Source of the DNA: a virus
Reading direction: 5' to 3' (one strand)
IMG/VR virus record: IMGVR_UViG_3300029258_005088
Length of the DNA stretch: 64,000 nucleotides
Of this stretch, positions 54,736-64,000 are shown in pieces. Position 1 is the first letter of the stretch; every line of letters begins with the position of its first letter. The notes under the pieces were generated by a model. It was not told where the DNA came from. It did not search any database and worked only from the letters and a program-made list of their open reading frames with translations. The position numbers and the translations under genes are program-made.

Positions 54736-55716
54736 TTACGGAGCGATGTCACTCCACTCAGTCACGGGGTTGATGAACTCCGCACGAGCTACGCCGCCCG
54801 AGTTTTTCAGCGTGGCGCCGATCATCTCGTAGCAGAACATCTCGAACAGGAAGTTCTCGTGTTTGGTGGAGCAGGTAACGTCTTCGAACGTGTAGAAGTC
54901 ACCCAACTGATCCGGAGCGGTGAAGTAGTAAATCACGTTTTCGGGAACCAGGTCCGTCTTGATCGTGATGAACCACCGCAGACCCATGATCTGGCGTTCG
55001 GCGAATCCGTTCTTGAACATTTCCTCGGCGAGATCACCACCAATTTCGATCCGGTCCAGAGCGACGATGTCCCAGATCGTGATGTTGTTGATCAAGCCAA
55101 CCGCGGCGTTCAGGTGCCGGTTGGTCGAAGGCAGGGCCTTCATACCGTGACTCAGGCTGTCGCGGGACATCGGTCCTACGGTACAGTTGCCCTGAGCGGC
55201 GACTTCGGCGACACGGGGGTTCGCAGCGGCCGAAGCCGTGTTCTGCGGACCTACCACGGTGTTGACGACGGCCATGTACTTCCGGTCTTCTTCGGCCAGG
55301 ATGTCTTTCAACATCAGGTCGTTGAAGATCTGACGGATGTCCATGTCATAGGTCAACAGGTTGGCAACATCGGCGATGAAGCGGTGGGACATGATGCGGT
55401 CAAACATCACGCGGTACCGCGGAGCGTCGATGTAGTGGTTCATCGGAACGTTCCCGAAGGGGACGCTGTAGGCCGGAGGCGTGTCCGGCTCAACGTCCTT
55501 GACGATCACGGGCTTGACCGTGTCGACCTGACGGTCGAGGTCTGCCGGGGTGACCGGGATCGGGGGTTGGATGCGACGGGTGAAACCATCTTCACGCGCC
55601 CTTAGACGCAGATAGTCGTTTACGCCGCTGGCGGCCTTTTGCATGACGTACGGATCGTGGGATTTGAGTCCGTTGATCACGTTCTCATTGCGGGAGCGAA
55701 CTTCGTGGTTCAACAT
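54736..55716 (-). CDS. Major capsid protein (HK97 fold)
   Basis: 326 aa; strong SD AAGGAG; followed by a terminator; order protease-scaffold-decoration-MCP; REDGF.RRI.PP..V N-arm/E-loop pattern. Confidence 0.85.
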   Translation of the reverse strand: MLNHEVRSRNENVINGLKSHDPYVMQKAASGVNDYLRLRAREDGFTRRIQPPIPVTPADLDRQVDTVKPVIVKDVEPDTPPAYSVPFGNVPMNHYIDAPRYRVMFDRIMSHRFIADVANLLTYDMDIRQIFNDLMLKDILAEEDRKYMAVVNTVVGPQNTASAAANPRVAEVAAQGNCTVGPMSRDSLSHGMKALPSTNRHLNAAVGLINNITIWDIVALDRIEIGGDLAEEMFKNGFAERQIMGLRWFITIKTDLVPENVIYYFTAPDQLGDFYTFEDVTCSTKHENFLFEMFCYEMIGATLKNSGGVARAEFINPVTEWSDIAP

Positions 55717-55763
55717 TTTTATTTTCTCCTTGTGAAGTTCAGTTCTGGGTTACTCCGGCTACC

Positions 55764-56408
55764 TTACGGCGTTGCGGCACGAGCTGGCAGATAGACAGGC
55801 CAGAAGCGGATCACACGTTGGTCGTAGACCTCGGTGCTGATGCCCTGGGAGTCATCCACGTCCACCTTGGAAACGATACCGACGACCTGCTCTTCGAGAG
55901 CAAGTTCGCCACCGGCCTGGATGGTGCCGACGTCTACCCAACCAGCGGGGTAGGATCCTGCGGCTTCGCCACCAGTTACGGTGTAGGCGACCAGGGGATC
56001 GTTTTCGTTGTAGGTGGATGCCTGGTTGAACTCGGTGGTGACGAGTTCGAAACCGCCGGTGGCGACGTAGCAGCCGACGTGACGACGTTTCACGGTCGTG
56101 TTGTCGGGAGCCAGAGTCTGGCCAGCGATGTTGCCGGCGTCACGACGGTACAGAGGTCCGTCGCCTGCCTGCCAGTCTTCGCCGCCAGCGACGTCGAAGT
56201 CGTAGGAAGCGTTGATGGCCCACATCGGCATGGCGTGCAAGGATGCCATACCTGCTTGGAGCAGGCCGTCAGTCCCGAGGGACATCAGGGAACCGCGATG
56301 GTTGTTCTCACTCGAGTTGAGATACTCGGTGAACTGCAGGTCGTGCATGCCGTCGTAACCGCTGACAGGGTCCAACAGATGGTCATAGTTTTGTCCGGGT
56401 GTCAACAT
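55764..56408 (-). CDS. Capsid decoration / cement-like protein
   Basis: 214 aa immediately upstream of the MCP; G.[FY]EL.TTEF...Y...D.L; lacks KxA motifs. Confidence 0.65.
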   Translation of the reverse strand: MLTPGQNYDHLLDPVSGYDGMHDLQFTEYLNSSENNHRGSLMSLGTDGLLQAGMASLHAMPMWAINASYDFDVAGGEDWQAGDGPLYRRDAGNIAGQTLAPDNTTVKRRHVGCYVATGGFELVTTEFNQASTYNENDPLVAYTVTGGEAAGSYPAGWVDVGTIQAGGELALEEQVVGIVSKVDVDDSQGISTEVYDQRVIRFWPVYLPARAATP

Positions 56409-56449
56409 TGTTAGTTGTCTCCGTGTTGATGGTTATTGACTTCCTCTCT

Positions 56450-56890
56450 CTACGCCTGAGCGTTGAGATTGTCGAACGTCGCCTCGAACGATTTGTCCGA
56501 TGCCCGCTTCTCCGCAGTGGCGGTTGGCGCAGCACTTGTGGGCCTGTCGACTGGTTTTCCTAGACTTGGAACCGATTGAGGCGGAGCGATCCGCTGCGCT
56601 GCCAACTTATCGACGAAGTCCAGCAGAGCTGTGGCGGGATTCTCTTTCACCGAAGTGATAGCCTGTTCACGGCTCGATTCCTTGAGGAAGCCGGCCTGGA
56701 CGAGATGATCCACCACTTCCGTGATCCGATTATCTTCCACGACCCCTTCCGAAGCCTGTTTCTGGCTGCTTGCGGCAGCCTCTTTCAACTGAGCGTTCTC
56801 AGTGCGAAGTTCCGTAATGAGCTCATCGGTTTCCTTGATGTAGGAAGCCATTTTCTGAGACAGTTCCGGAGGTACTTGTTGATTCGACAT
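56450..56890 (-). CDS. Small coiled-coil head assembly / scaffold-type protein
   Basis: 146 aa; five KxA[AS] motifs. Confidence 0.7.
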   Translation of the reverse strand: MSNQQVPPELSQKMASYIKETDELITELRTENAQLKEAAASSQKQASEGVVEDNRITEVVDHLVQAGFLKESSREQAITSVKENPATALLDFVDKLAAQRIAPPQSVPSLGKPVDRPTSAAPTATAEKRASDKSFEATFDNLNAQA

Positions 56891-56912
56891 TGTATGTCTC
56901 CTTCTTGGTCCG

Positions 56913-58154
56913 TTACCGGCTCAGGATCTCGCGAACCTTGCTGGTCCAGTCATCCGAAGCTTCCTTCTCGGCAGCTTCTTCAGCACCCTCTTCGGCCGCT
57001 TCTTCGACTTCGGGAGCTTCCGCTTCCATAGCCTCTTCAGCACCCATTTCAGCGCCCATCTCGCCACCTTCGCCGGTGATTTCGGTCAGGGCCTGTGCGA
57101 GCTCTTCCGGGGGTACGCCGGCTTCCTGCAACGCCTGGACGTCTTCCATGGCCTGCTGCAGTTCTTCCGGGGTGACGCCCGCTTCGTCAAGAGCGGCGGC
57201 CACTGCATCCAGAGGATCGCCCTCGGGCATTTCGCCCATGGCTTCTTCCGGTGCCGGACCTCCGTCCATCGGGACTTCGGGCATTCCTTCTTCCATCGGC
57301 ATTCCGCCTTCGGCCATTACTTCGTCGGGGACGACGGCCTCGGGGAATTCCATGGCGACTTTGTCCAGAAGACCTTCGACGCCACCGACCTTCTCCAAGA
57401 TATTGGGGTCGATATCGGCGTGACTGACTTCGAACTCGTCCTGAGCTCTCTTGATGAGGCCTGCACGATAGCCTTCGAAATATTCTTGAGCTGCGTATGC
57501 GGCAGTCTTGTCGATCTGCATCATGACCTGCTCTTCTACGGAAGCAGTCTTCTCGCCGCCTTCGGGAGAACCGTCGAGATCATTTGGAATACCTGCGGGA
57601 GGATTCACCATCTTGTCCTGACTGTTCTCGCCACCGGGCTGGGGCTTGACTGCGGAACCACCGGCTTCCCCTGCGGGAGCGGCGCCGTTACCGTTGTCGG
57701 AAGCTTCTTTCGAGACACCTGCCAAAATGGAAAGAATGGCGTTGGCCTTCTTGTCGATGCTTGCGACCTTCTGTTCCTGAGTGATCTCCTGGGAGACCTC
57801 TTTGGGGAACTGGGTAGTGGGCTCGTCGACCATCAGGGTTTCGGTCCCTTGGTCGTCGGTGGGTTTCTTTTCGTCCGCTTCCGAGTTCGGCTTGGCCGTT
57901 ACTGCGGGTTGCGGCAGACCTTCAGCCGCCAGCGTGGACTGCTCCTTGCCCAGATTGGTCTGAGCCGTGGAAGCTGCTTGGGGTTTGGCCTGCTCTTCGG
58001 GATTGGCAGCCTTGGTGTCCTTGAAGGACGTCGAGCTGTCGTCAGCGGCTGTCTTCATCGAGGCTTCCTTCTCCGCTTGGCTACGGATGGGGTCTAGGAA
58101 GGTGCTGATGAGCTGCATGCTGTCCTTGATGCTTGCCTGCTTTTCGTGAGACAT
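56913..58154 (-). CDS. Acidic low-complexity scaffold / core protein
   Basis: 413 aa; very acidic; about 10 KxA[AS]-type motifs. Confidence 0.7.
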   Translation of the reverse strand: MSHEKQASIKDSMQLISTFLDPIRSQAEKEASMKTAADDSSTSFKDTKAANPEEQAKPQAASTAQTNLGKEQSTLAAEGLPQPAVTAKPNSEADEKKPTDDQGTETLMVDEPTTQFPKEVSQEITQEQKVASIDKKANAILSILAGVSKEASDNGNGAAPAGEAGGSAVKPQPGGENSQDKMVNPPAGIPNDLDGSPEGGEKTASVEEQVMMQIDKTAAYAAQEYFEGYRAGLIKRAQDEFEVSHADIDPNILEKVGGVEGLLDKVAMEFPEAVVPDEVMAEGGMPMEEGMPEVPMDGGPAPEEAMGEMPEGDPLDAVAAALDEAGVTPEELQQAMEDVQALQEAGVPPEELAQALTEITGEGGEMGAEMGAEEAMEAEAPEVEEAAEEGAEEAAEKEASDDWTSKVREILSR

Positions 58155-58174
58155 AGCGTTCTCCTGGTTAATTC

Positions 58175-59626
58175 TCAGGTTGTGACCTGGTTGTGAACGA
58201 TTACGCGATGTGCATACTTGTCCACCCCGAGGCCAGCCATGAACGCTACCTGATATTTGGCGTATTCTTTCGCCAGGTACCGAGACTCAGCTCTCTGTGT
58301 CGGTGCTACAAGCAGACTCGCCCTCTTGCTTAGACCAGGGCCGCCGTTGATCGAGATCTTGATGATCCTTTTCTTTACCGGCCCATCTGCGGTTGAAAAG
58401 CCGTCGACCAATTTGCCGACCGTCTCTTCCAACCCCGTCCAGTGTCGGGGAGATAGTGGAACGTACGAAGAATCTGAGAAAACGTCGTTGTCTCCACTGC
58501 CTGCTAACTCTGAAAATACTCTTTTTACGCAGCAAGGCAAGTCTTTTGCATTATTTATATCCGATTTAGGCATCTTCAATATCACGCTGCAGAAAGCCTT
58601 CGGAGGCAGAAGAACCTCCTGTTTCTGTAACGCGGCGAGGACGTCTCCGACCGGGTATTGCTTCAATTCTTCAAGGGTTTCGTCGTCGAGATGGTTGTCC
58701 TGGAATGCGTCAGCCAGATCTGATTCTCCCGGGCCCATGCCCTTTGCATGGATCTCCTTCTCGATCTCCGCCGCCTTGGCGAACGCCGCGGCATGTTTCT
58801 GCTCCAGCTTGTCTCCGATCTCTCCGATCATGGAGAGAGGAAGCCAGATGGCATTGGGATCCTCCGGTGCCGGCAGGACTCCATCGGAGGCTACCTTGGA
58901 CAGGGTATATGCCGCACGGAATGCAGGGACACGAACTTCGGAGATGTCGTGGAGGTGCGGCTGGTCGTTTATGGCGGCGGCCTGGTGGCCTTCCTTGGAC
59001 AGCGACATCTTCTGATACTTGAGGTGATCGCAGTAACCCTTCTTGGTCTTCGCCTGGTTTCCGCAGATCGTGCAGATATCGTACGGAACTCCGCAACCCA
59101 TGGACCAGGTAACGTGGTCTCCGTTGGCGAGCTTCTGCAGGGAAGGTCCCCAGAGATCGTTCGGGAGCTTGACCACGAGCTCGCCTCGATGCATCACGGG
59201 ATTGTACCATTCCGCATGGATGCTTCCAAGCTCCGGGCCGCCCTTCTTCGAGTTGTTGTGCTCGCGATAAACGGCGCCATACTTCATGAAGGTTCTGTGG
59301 AACTTCTCCAGACCTCCGTCCAGCTCTATGCGACAGGGCTTGCCCGTCATGTGGTGTTCCGGAACCTCGTACGAAGCGGTCTTCTCGTTGAACCAGTCGG
59401 CGTTGTTGTTGGCGCCGTAGTATTCGCCTGCCCCCATCGTGATGAGATGGACGAAGCTATGACCCGGCTCCGGTGTGACGTCGATGTGCATTACCTGGTC
59501 GGATCCCGCTACCTTCTGAAGGAACTGAGCCTGTCCGAAGTCGATTCCCTTGCTATGCACCTTGAGCAAATGCGCAGTGGGTATATCCCGGAACCAGGAC
59601 GATGGAATGAATCGCTTGTGTATCAT
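58175..59626 (-). CDS. Probable prohead maturation protease with a Cys/His cluster
   Basis: VYREHNN (candidate catalytic His), VTWSMGC (candidate Ser), then YDIC.ICGN......YCDHL; lies upstream of scaffold and MCP. Confidence 0.65.
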   Translation of the reverse strand: MIHKRFIPSSWFRDIPTAHLLKVHSKGIDFGQAQFLQKVAGSDQVMHIDVTPEPGHSFVHLITMGAGEYYGANNNADWFNEKTASYEVPEHHMTGKPCRIELDGGLEKFHRTFMKYGAVYREHNNSKKGGPELGSIHAEWYNPVMHRGELVVKLPNDLWGPSLQKLANGDHVTWSMGCGVPYDICTICGNQAKTKKGYCDHLKYQKMSLSKEGHQAAAINDQPHLHDISEVRVPAFRAAYTLSKVASDGVLPAPEDPNAIWLPLSMIGEIGDKLEQKHAAAFAKAAEIEKEIHAKGMGPGESDLADAFQDNHLDDETLEELKQYPVGDVLAALQKQEVLLPPKAFCSVILKMPKSDINNAKDLPCCVKRVFSELAGSGDNDVFSDSSYVPLSPRHWTGLEETVGKLVDGFSTADGPVKKRIIKISINGGPGLSKRASLLVAPTQRAESRYLAKEYAKYQVAFMAGLGVDKYAHRVIVHNQVTT

Positions 59627-59635
59627 AACGGTCTC

Positions 59636-61225
59636 CTATAGATAACCGAGTGTCTGGAGCACGCCTTGCTGGGCGTTGTCGGCGTTGCCTACGTGATGTG
59701 CGGTAAGAGCATCTCGCACGGCATTCACCGGAACGGCGTTCTGACGGATGGCGTTCTGGAGGGTCTTCATGTCTCTGTCCACTCGCTTGTCCACCCTGTC
59801 CTCCTGCCTTTCCGCTCTGTCCCGTCGACGATCTCTGCGCTCGAGAGCCCTCTCGGCCTCGTTCGTGACGTTCGTGATTCCCTGTGTGAGAGCATCCGAC
59901 GCGGAGCCGACGTTCACGGCGAATGGCGCGACTTTCTGAGGCTTGTCCTTTTCCTTCTGAGCTTCGAGACGGAGCTTCTCCTCGAGGACTTTCTTCTCGG
60001 TGGCTTCATTGCCCTTGCGTAGCTTCTCGGATATCTCCAGCTCCTGCTTGATCTCGAATGGGTCCTTGATCCCGGAGCTCTGGAGGTTGCGGATCATGAG
60101 GTTCTTGAGAATGGAAGGCTTGTCGTATGCCTCCGGGACGCTCTGGACGGAATCGTTGTAAGCCTTCATCAGAGACTTCTGGTCGTAGTCCTTGAGGTCT
60201 GGATCGTAGAGAGCCAACAACATGAAGGTGCGCTTGGCATCGTAGGATTTCATGCGGTTGTAGAAGGCCGGATCCAGCTGCTCCTCTACCCGCTTAGACT
60301 TTTTTTTTGAGCCCATCATATCCTGCATCGCATCGGGACTCATGCCCATACCTGCCAGCATGTTGGCGATGGTATTGGCGGCCACCGATCCGACGAAGGG
60401 CTCCGCGGCTTTCTTCTCGAACATGTTGAGCTCCACCTCGGCGGACGCCATCTTCTCGGCGGCTTCGTAGAGGCTGGCGATGGATAGGTAAGGCTCCTTG
60501 GCACGGAAGACGATGTGGTTGGCCATCTTCTGGAGATTGTCCGGGACGTCCTTGCGGCTCTTGTGGGATAAAAGCGCGACCAGTCCGGGACCGGTCGTGG
60601 GATAGCCCGTGACGATGCGGCGTGCCATCTTTTCGAACTGGCGATCGGACATCCTCTGGGAGATGCCTACCACGGTGTTCAGGGACTGCTCGAAGGCGTA
60701 TTTATGCTCCTGGATCTTCATCCGTAGCTGCTCGCGCATGCCGTCACAGAATTGCTGATGCTCGATCTTGGCCTGTTTGGAAAGACGGTCTATGGTCTTT
60801 AGCTCGTCCTCGGTAGGCTCTCTCTTCGGATGGTAGTTCTCCATGGCGTCGGATTCCTCCGTTGCCGCCTTCTGCATGACCTTGTCCGAGAAATCGAAGT
60901 CTATGGCTTCGAAGCTGCCCTCTGGAAGAGCGAACTCGCTGGCCGTCTTCTGCGTGGGCTGGAAAATGTTCTGGATGACTACGGAAGGATCGACTATGTC
61001 GAAGGGCTGTGCCCTGTCTTCCTGCCCCGCGGTCTTGAAGACGTGTACCGACTTCGACTTGTTGAATGCTTCCGCCGCCCTCTTTATCATTTCCGGAGGC
61101 ATCTTGCGATCCGATGCTACCTTGGTCAAGGCTTCGTTGGGAGACATGCCGTCGTGCGTAAGCTGGATCGTATGCTCCACGTCCTTGATCAAGTCCTGTT
61201 GTTCGGGTATACTGAGCTGATCCAT
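59636..61225 (-). CDS. KxA-motif-rich helical internal head protein
   Basis: 529 aa; TKVAS, IKRAA, FKTAG, QKTAS, QKAAT, EKMAS, EKKAA. Confidence 0.7.
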   Translation of the reverse strand: MDQLSIPEQQDLIKDVEHTIQLTHDGMSPNEALTKVASDRKMPPEMIKRAAEAFNKSKSVHVFKTAGQEDRAQPFDIVDPSVVIQNIFQPTQKTASEFALPEGSFEAIDFDFSDKVMQKAATEESDAMENYHPKREPTEDELKTIDRLSKQAKIEHQQFCDGMREQLRMKIQEHKYAFEQSLNTVVGISQRMSDRQFEKMARRIVTGYPTTGPGLVALLSHKSRKDVPDNLQKMANHIVFRAKEPYLSIASLYEAAEKMASAEVELNMFEKKAAEPFVGSVAANTIANMLAGMGMSPDAMQDMMGSKKKSKRVEEQLDPAFYNRMKSYDAKRTFMLLALYDPDLKDYDQKSLMKAYNDSVQSVPEAYDKPSILKNLMIRNLQSSGIKDPFEIKQELEISEKLRKGNEATEKKVLEEKLRLEAQKEKDKPQKVAPFAVNVGSASDALTQGITNVTNEAERALERRDRRRDRAERQEDRVDKRVDRDMKTLQNAIRQNAVPVNAVRDALTAHHVGNADNAQQGVLQTLGYL

Positions 61226-61242
61226 CTCACGTTCTCCACGTA

Positions 61243-62172
61243 TTAGTTATCAATGGCCTTGTTCATCATTTTCTCTTCCAGTGCGGTATCGGGCTGGAAC
61301 TTCGGATTGAGCGTAGGCTCCGAAATACCGCTTCTGCTGGCTATCTTCTTCTCGAGGTCCGGGTCCAGGAACGCTTCTTCAAGCGTGGTGAGGATCTGCT
61401 GTGCAGTTCCCACGGCCGATCCGGATCCATCGCCATCTCCCAGACTCTTCCTTGCCTGCTCCATGTTCCACAGCCTGTCGGCCTGATCGAAAAGGGCCAT
61501 GGCCGGTTGGCTGAAACTGGCTCGAAGACTCGCAGTCTGGTGATATTCATTATAATAGCGTCTTTTAGTGCTAATTTCTCGCATAAATTTGACATAATCA
61601 TCGCTTAAGTCGGCGCCGCCCCTGAATTTTATCAGATCGTTTATGGCGTCGAAACCTCTGACGTAGGCGAAAGCCTTCCACGTAAAGTCGCAATCCGTGA
61701 CGGTATGCGTCGTATGAAGAGCGGTCGCCAGAATGGTGCAGAATATGGCGGCGGCGTTGTCTTTGTAATGCTCTATGTCGAAGTAGACCTTGCGAAACAT
61801 CTCGATGGTTGCGGCACCGTACAACGGATTGAAGGTATTGGCTATGTCCTTGTCGGAGGCGTCCGTCATGAGCATGGCCTCTATGAGCCACTTGTATCCG
61901 CCGGTGGGCCTGGAGTCGTGGAACAGCATGAAGGCTTCGTGCATTACCGGGTACTTTATCTGAAGTCTGCCGTTGTAGTGAACCAGGTCTTCCCGGCTCT
62001 CGTAGAAACGACATGCCTCTAGAAGCCACTCGTCCTTGGCGGCCATGCTTCTTCGAATGACCTCCTCCGGCAAGATGCCTTCCACGAGGCAGCGAAGCGC
62101 GATGTTCCATCTCCAGCAGGGTGCTCGGAGATAGTTCGGCTTCGCCGTCTCTGACTTCAGGATGTTGCTCAT
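61243..62172 (-). CDS. Hypothetical protein (RAPxWRW N-terminal motif)
   Basis: 309 aa; ATGA overlap with the upstream gene. Confidence 0.8.
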   Translation of the reverse strand: MSNILKSETAKPNYLRAPCWRWNIALRCLVEGILPEEVIRRSMAAKDEWLLEACRFYESREDLVHYNGRLQIKYPVMHEAFMLFHDSRPTGGYKWLIEAMLMTDASDKDIANTFNPLYGAATIEMFRKVYFDIEHYKDNAAAIFCTILATALHTTHTVTDCDFTWKAFAYVRGFDAINDLIKFRGGADLSDDYVKFMREISTKRRYYNEYHQTASLRASFSQPAMALFDQADRLWNMEQARKSLGDGDGSGSAVGTAQQILTTLEEAFLDPDLEKKIASRSGISEPTLNPKFQPDTALEEKMMNKAIDN

Positions 62173-64000
62173 ACGCCGATATCTTCCGACAACTGCCCGA
62201 ACAATGCCTCGGAGGCATCCGGACTGTACGCCGTCTTCTCCTTCAGGAACAGTACCAGGTCGCCCGTGCTCTTGAAGACGTCGCGGAGAGTGTCCTCGAG
62301 CTTGGCCATGTCTTCCTTTCCGTAGCGATCTTCGAACTCGTCGTTGTGCCAGTAGAACAGGAACATCATGCGTCCGATCTTGTCCATGCCGCGGATCATG
62401 TCCACGATGTAGTCCTTTCGGAGATCGGAGACGTCGGCTTTGTCGATCAGGCCCTGCAGGACACTGACGTCGAAGACTTCCTTGACGCCGGCTTCGGCCG
62501 CCTGCATCGCACGCTCGATGGCTTGGTTCGGCATCATGGATCCGTCGGAGCGGCGTGCGCCGTCCAGGGGACGTCCGCTCTTGGCCTCGAACTCCGTTCT
62601 TACCGCGGTATCTTCCTTGGCGGAAGGACCGCCCATGAACGGAACCGGGCTGTCGCCGTATGCCGCCGTATCATAGGGAGCGGCGTGCTTGATCAGGAAT
62701 CCCTTTCTGTGGCCCATGGCGTCCTCTGCCTCTTTCATCAGGCGCTGTGCCGTGGCCGCCTGGATGCCGTGACCCAGTACGAGATGCTGCAGAGCCGCCG
62801 TCTTCTCGACGAGGCCGGTGTTGTTTTCCTTGTAGAATACCTGTGCGGTACCACCATCGGCATAGATCTCGATATGGTCGACGCCCGCTGTCTTGTAGAT
62901 CTGCTGAGCCACGGTCTCGGAATTGCCCAGTAGGATGTCCGGACGGTCGTCGTCCGTGAAGATGCGGGTGCCTTCGGGGATAAATAGATAACCGTCGGTC
63001 GCTTTCAGCCGTGCGTCGGAATCCACGAACTCGACGGCTACCTTTGTCGGGTCAAGACCATCGCCCGACCTGCTCCGGGCATTGTCGCCGGCCGTATTCG
63101 CGATACGAACGTAGACAGCGCCGTCGGGGGACTTGCCTTTCGGCAGGATCTCGGTCTCGAGAACACGCGAGGGGCTTTGAACGAGCATCACGTTGGTTCC
63201 CGGTTCGAGTCCCATAAGGGCCTGCTTCGTGGCTTTGCGTCCGCCTTGGATCGCAGTGATGGCCTTCTCCGGGATGCTTGTAGCCGGCTTGGAGAAAATC
63301 GACGTGGAGTTCATCCGGAGATAGTTTCTTGGCTTGCCGATATCGATCATGGCGACGGTCCGGCCGTTGTTCTGTTGGAACCTACGGTCTTCCATACCGG
63401 GCTGGCTGAGGGACACCGGACACAGAATGATGTAGGGCTTGAAAGTGCCGTCCAACATGAGTACGTCGTAGATGCCCGGACAGGTGGGGTTCTGGATGGC
63501 GGAGGAGTTGACCTCTTCCTGGAAGACCTTCGAGAAGCTGTGACGGTCGTCCTTGACGTAGATGCCCTTGTTCATGAGAAGCTCTTTCTCGCGGTTGGTG
63601 AGATCACGGGCTTCCTTGGACATCGGATCGGTATAGAACTTGACCTTCTGGTCCAGCTCCGGCTTCTGATCCATGGTCATCTGGGCGGCTTGCTTGGCGA
63701 GACCCTCGACCTGATCCAGATCGTAGAAGCGGAACAGACACTGGGCGAAATCGGGATTGTTCAGGAAAGTGTTGAGGAACACTTGAGCGGCTTCCTTGCC
63801 GAGAAGCTTGATGTCCTCGGTGAGATCCACGGCACGATACCCATCCGGGGTCGCACGCTTGGCCATCTTCTGCCAGTCCTCCGTATCGACCAGGGAATTG
63901 GCGTCGAACGCGGCCTTGCCCATACTGGAGTAGGGCTGGTAGACTCTGGTGTTGCCGGGGGTGGCGAAGATGTCGTTCTTGTGACCTTCCTCTCCCTGCT
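62169..64000 (-). CDS. Large KxA-motif-containing head-region protein, 5'-truncated by the window edge
   Basis: The frame is open from 63998 through the track's ATG at 63923 (QGEEGHKNDIFATPGNTRVYQPYSSM...); GKEAA, AKQAA, EKTAA, IKHAA. Confidence 0.85.
   Translation of the reverse strand, partial: QGEEGHKNDIFATPGNTRVYQPYSSMGKAAFDANSLVDTEDWQKMAKRATPDGYRAVDLTEDIKLLGKEAAQVFLNTFLNNPDFAQCLFRFYDLDQVEGLAKQAAQMTMDQKPELDQKVKFYTDPMSKEARDLTNREKELLMNKGIYVKDDRHSFSKVFQEEVNSSAIQNPTCPGIYDVLMLDGTFKPYIILCPVSLSQPGMEDRRFQQNNGRTVAMIDIGKPRNYLRMNSTSIFSKPATSIPEKAITAIQGGRKATKQALMGLEPGTNVMLVQSPSRVLETEILPKGKSPDGAVYVRIANTAGDNARSRSGDGLDPTKVAVEFVDSDARLKATDGYLFIPEGTRIFTDDDRPDILLGNSETVAQQIYKTAGVDHIEIYADGGTAQVFYKENNTGLVEKTAALQHLVLGHGIQAATAQRLMKEAEDAMGHRKGFLIKHAAPYDTAAYGDSPVPFMGGPSAKEDTAVRTEFEAKSGRPLDGARRSDGSMMPNQAIERAMQAAEAGVKEVFDVSVLQGLIDKADVSDLRKDYIVDMIRGMDKIGRMMFLFYWHNDEFEDRYGKEDMAKLEDTLRDVFKSTGDLVLFLKEKTAYSPDASEALFGQLSEDIGV

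Noticed and set aside
1-64000. Stop-codon recoding (alternative genetic code), as in some large phages
   Set aside because: TAA, TAG and TGA all end genes that tile with 0-60 nt gaps and stop/start overlaps under code 11.
1-64000. tRNA, rRNA, CRISPR array, integrase/transposase, DGR reverse transcriptase
   Set aside because: None recognised. Intergenic space is minimal, and the tandem repeats are in-frame coding repeats without spacers.

Overview
The whole window is the morphogenesis (structural) region of a large contractile-tailed bacteriophage. Every supportable gene is on the minus strand, in standard code 11, tightly packed with Shine-Dalgarno sites and TAATG/TGATG/ATGA couplings. Reading in gene order (high to low coordinate): head-interior/scaffold proteins, a probable prohead protease, a decoration protein, the major capsid protein (followed by a terminator), head/neck fibre-like proteins, a phospholipase A2-like gene next to a lipoprotein with 3 TM helices, neck and tail-completion proteins, a 915-aa sheath, tube, spike, a G/GT-type chaperone pair, tape measure, baseplate genes with an embedded sigma factor, and about 26 kb of Cys-rich, Ser/Glu-rich fibre/adhesin-like proteins. 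The standout is a 1279-aa polyprotein (3733-7572). It consists of one N-truncated and seven intact, endonuclease-free Hint (intein-like) domains joined by 1-5 aa linkers (GGGGG, KGG, KGA, KGG, K, KC, RS) and ends in a polyproline/Cys/collagen tail that is homologous to a segment of the next gene. Other notable signals: an identical 20-bp palindromic element present twice about 35 kb apart, casein-like SS(x)EE tracts inserted into many virion proteins, a K-x-A-[ASG] motif concentrated in head proteins, a LamG domain interrupted by possibly nested modules, and a dockerin-like protein. All product calls are by-eye motif and synteny inferences; no database searches were run.
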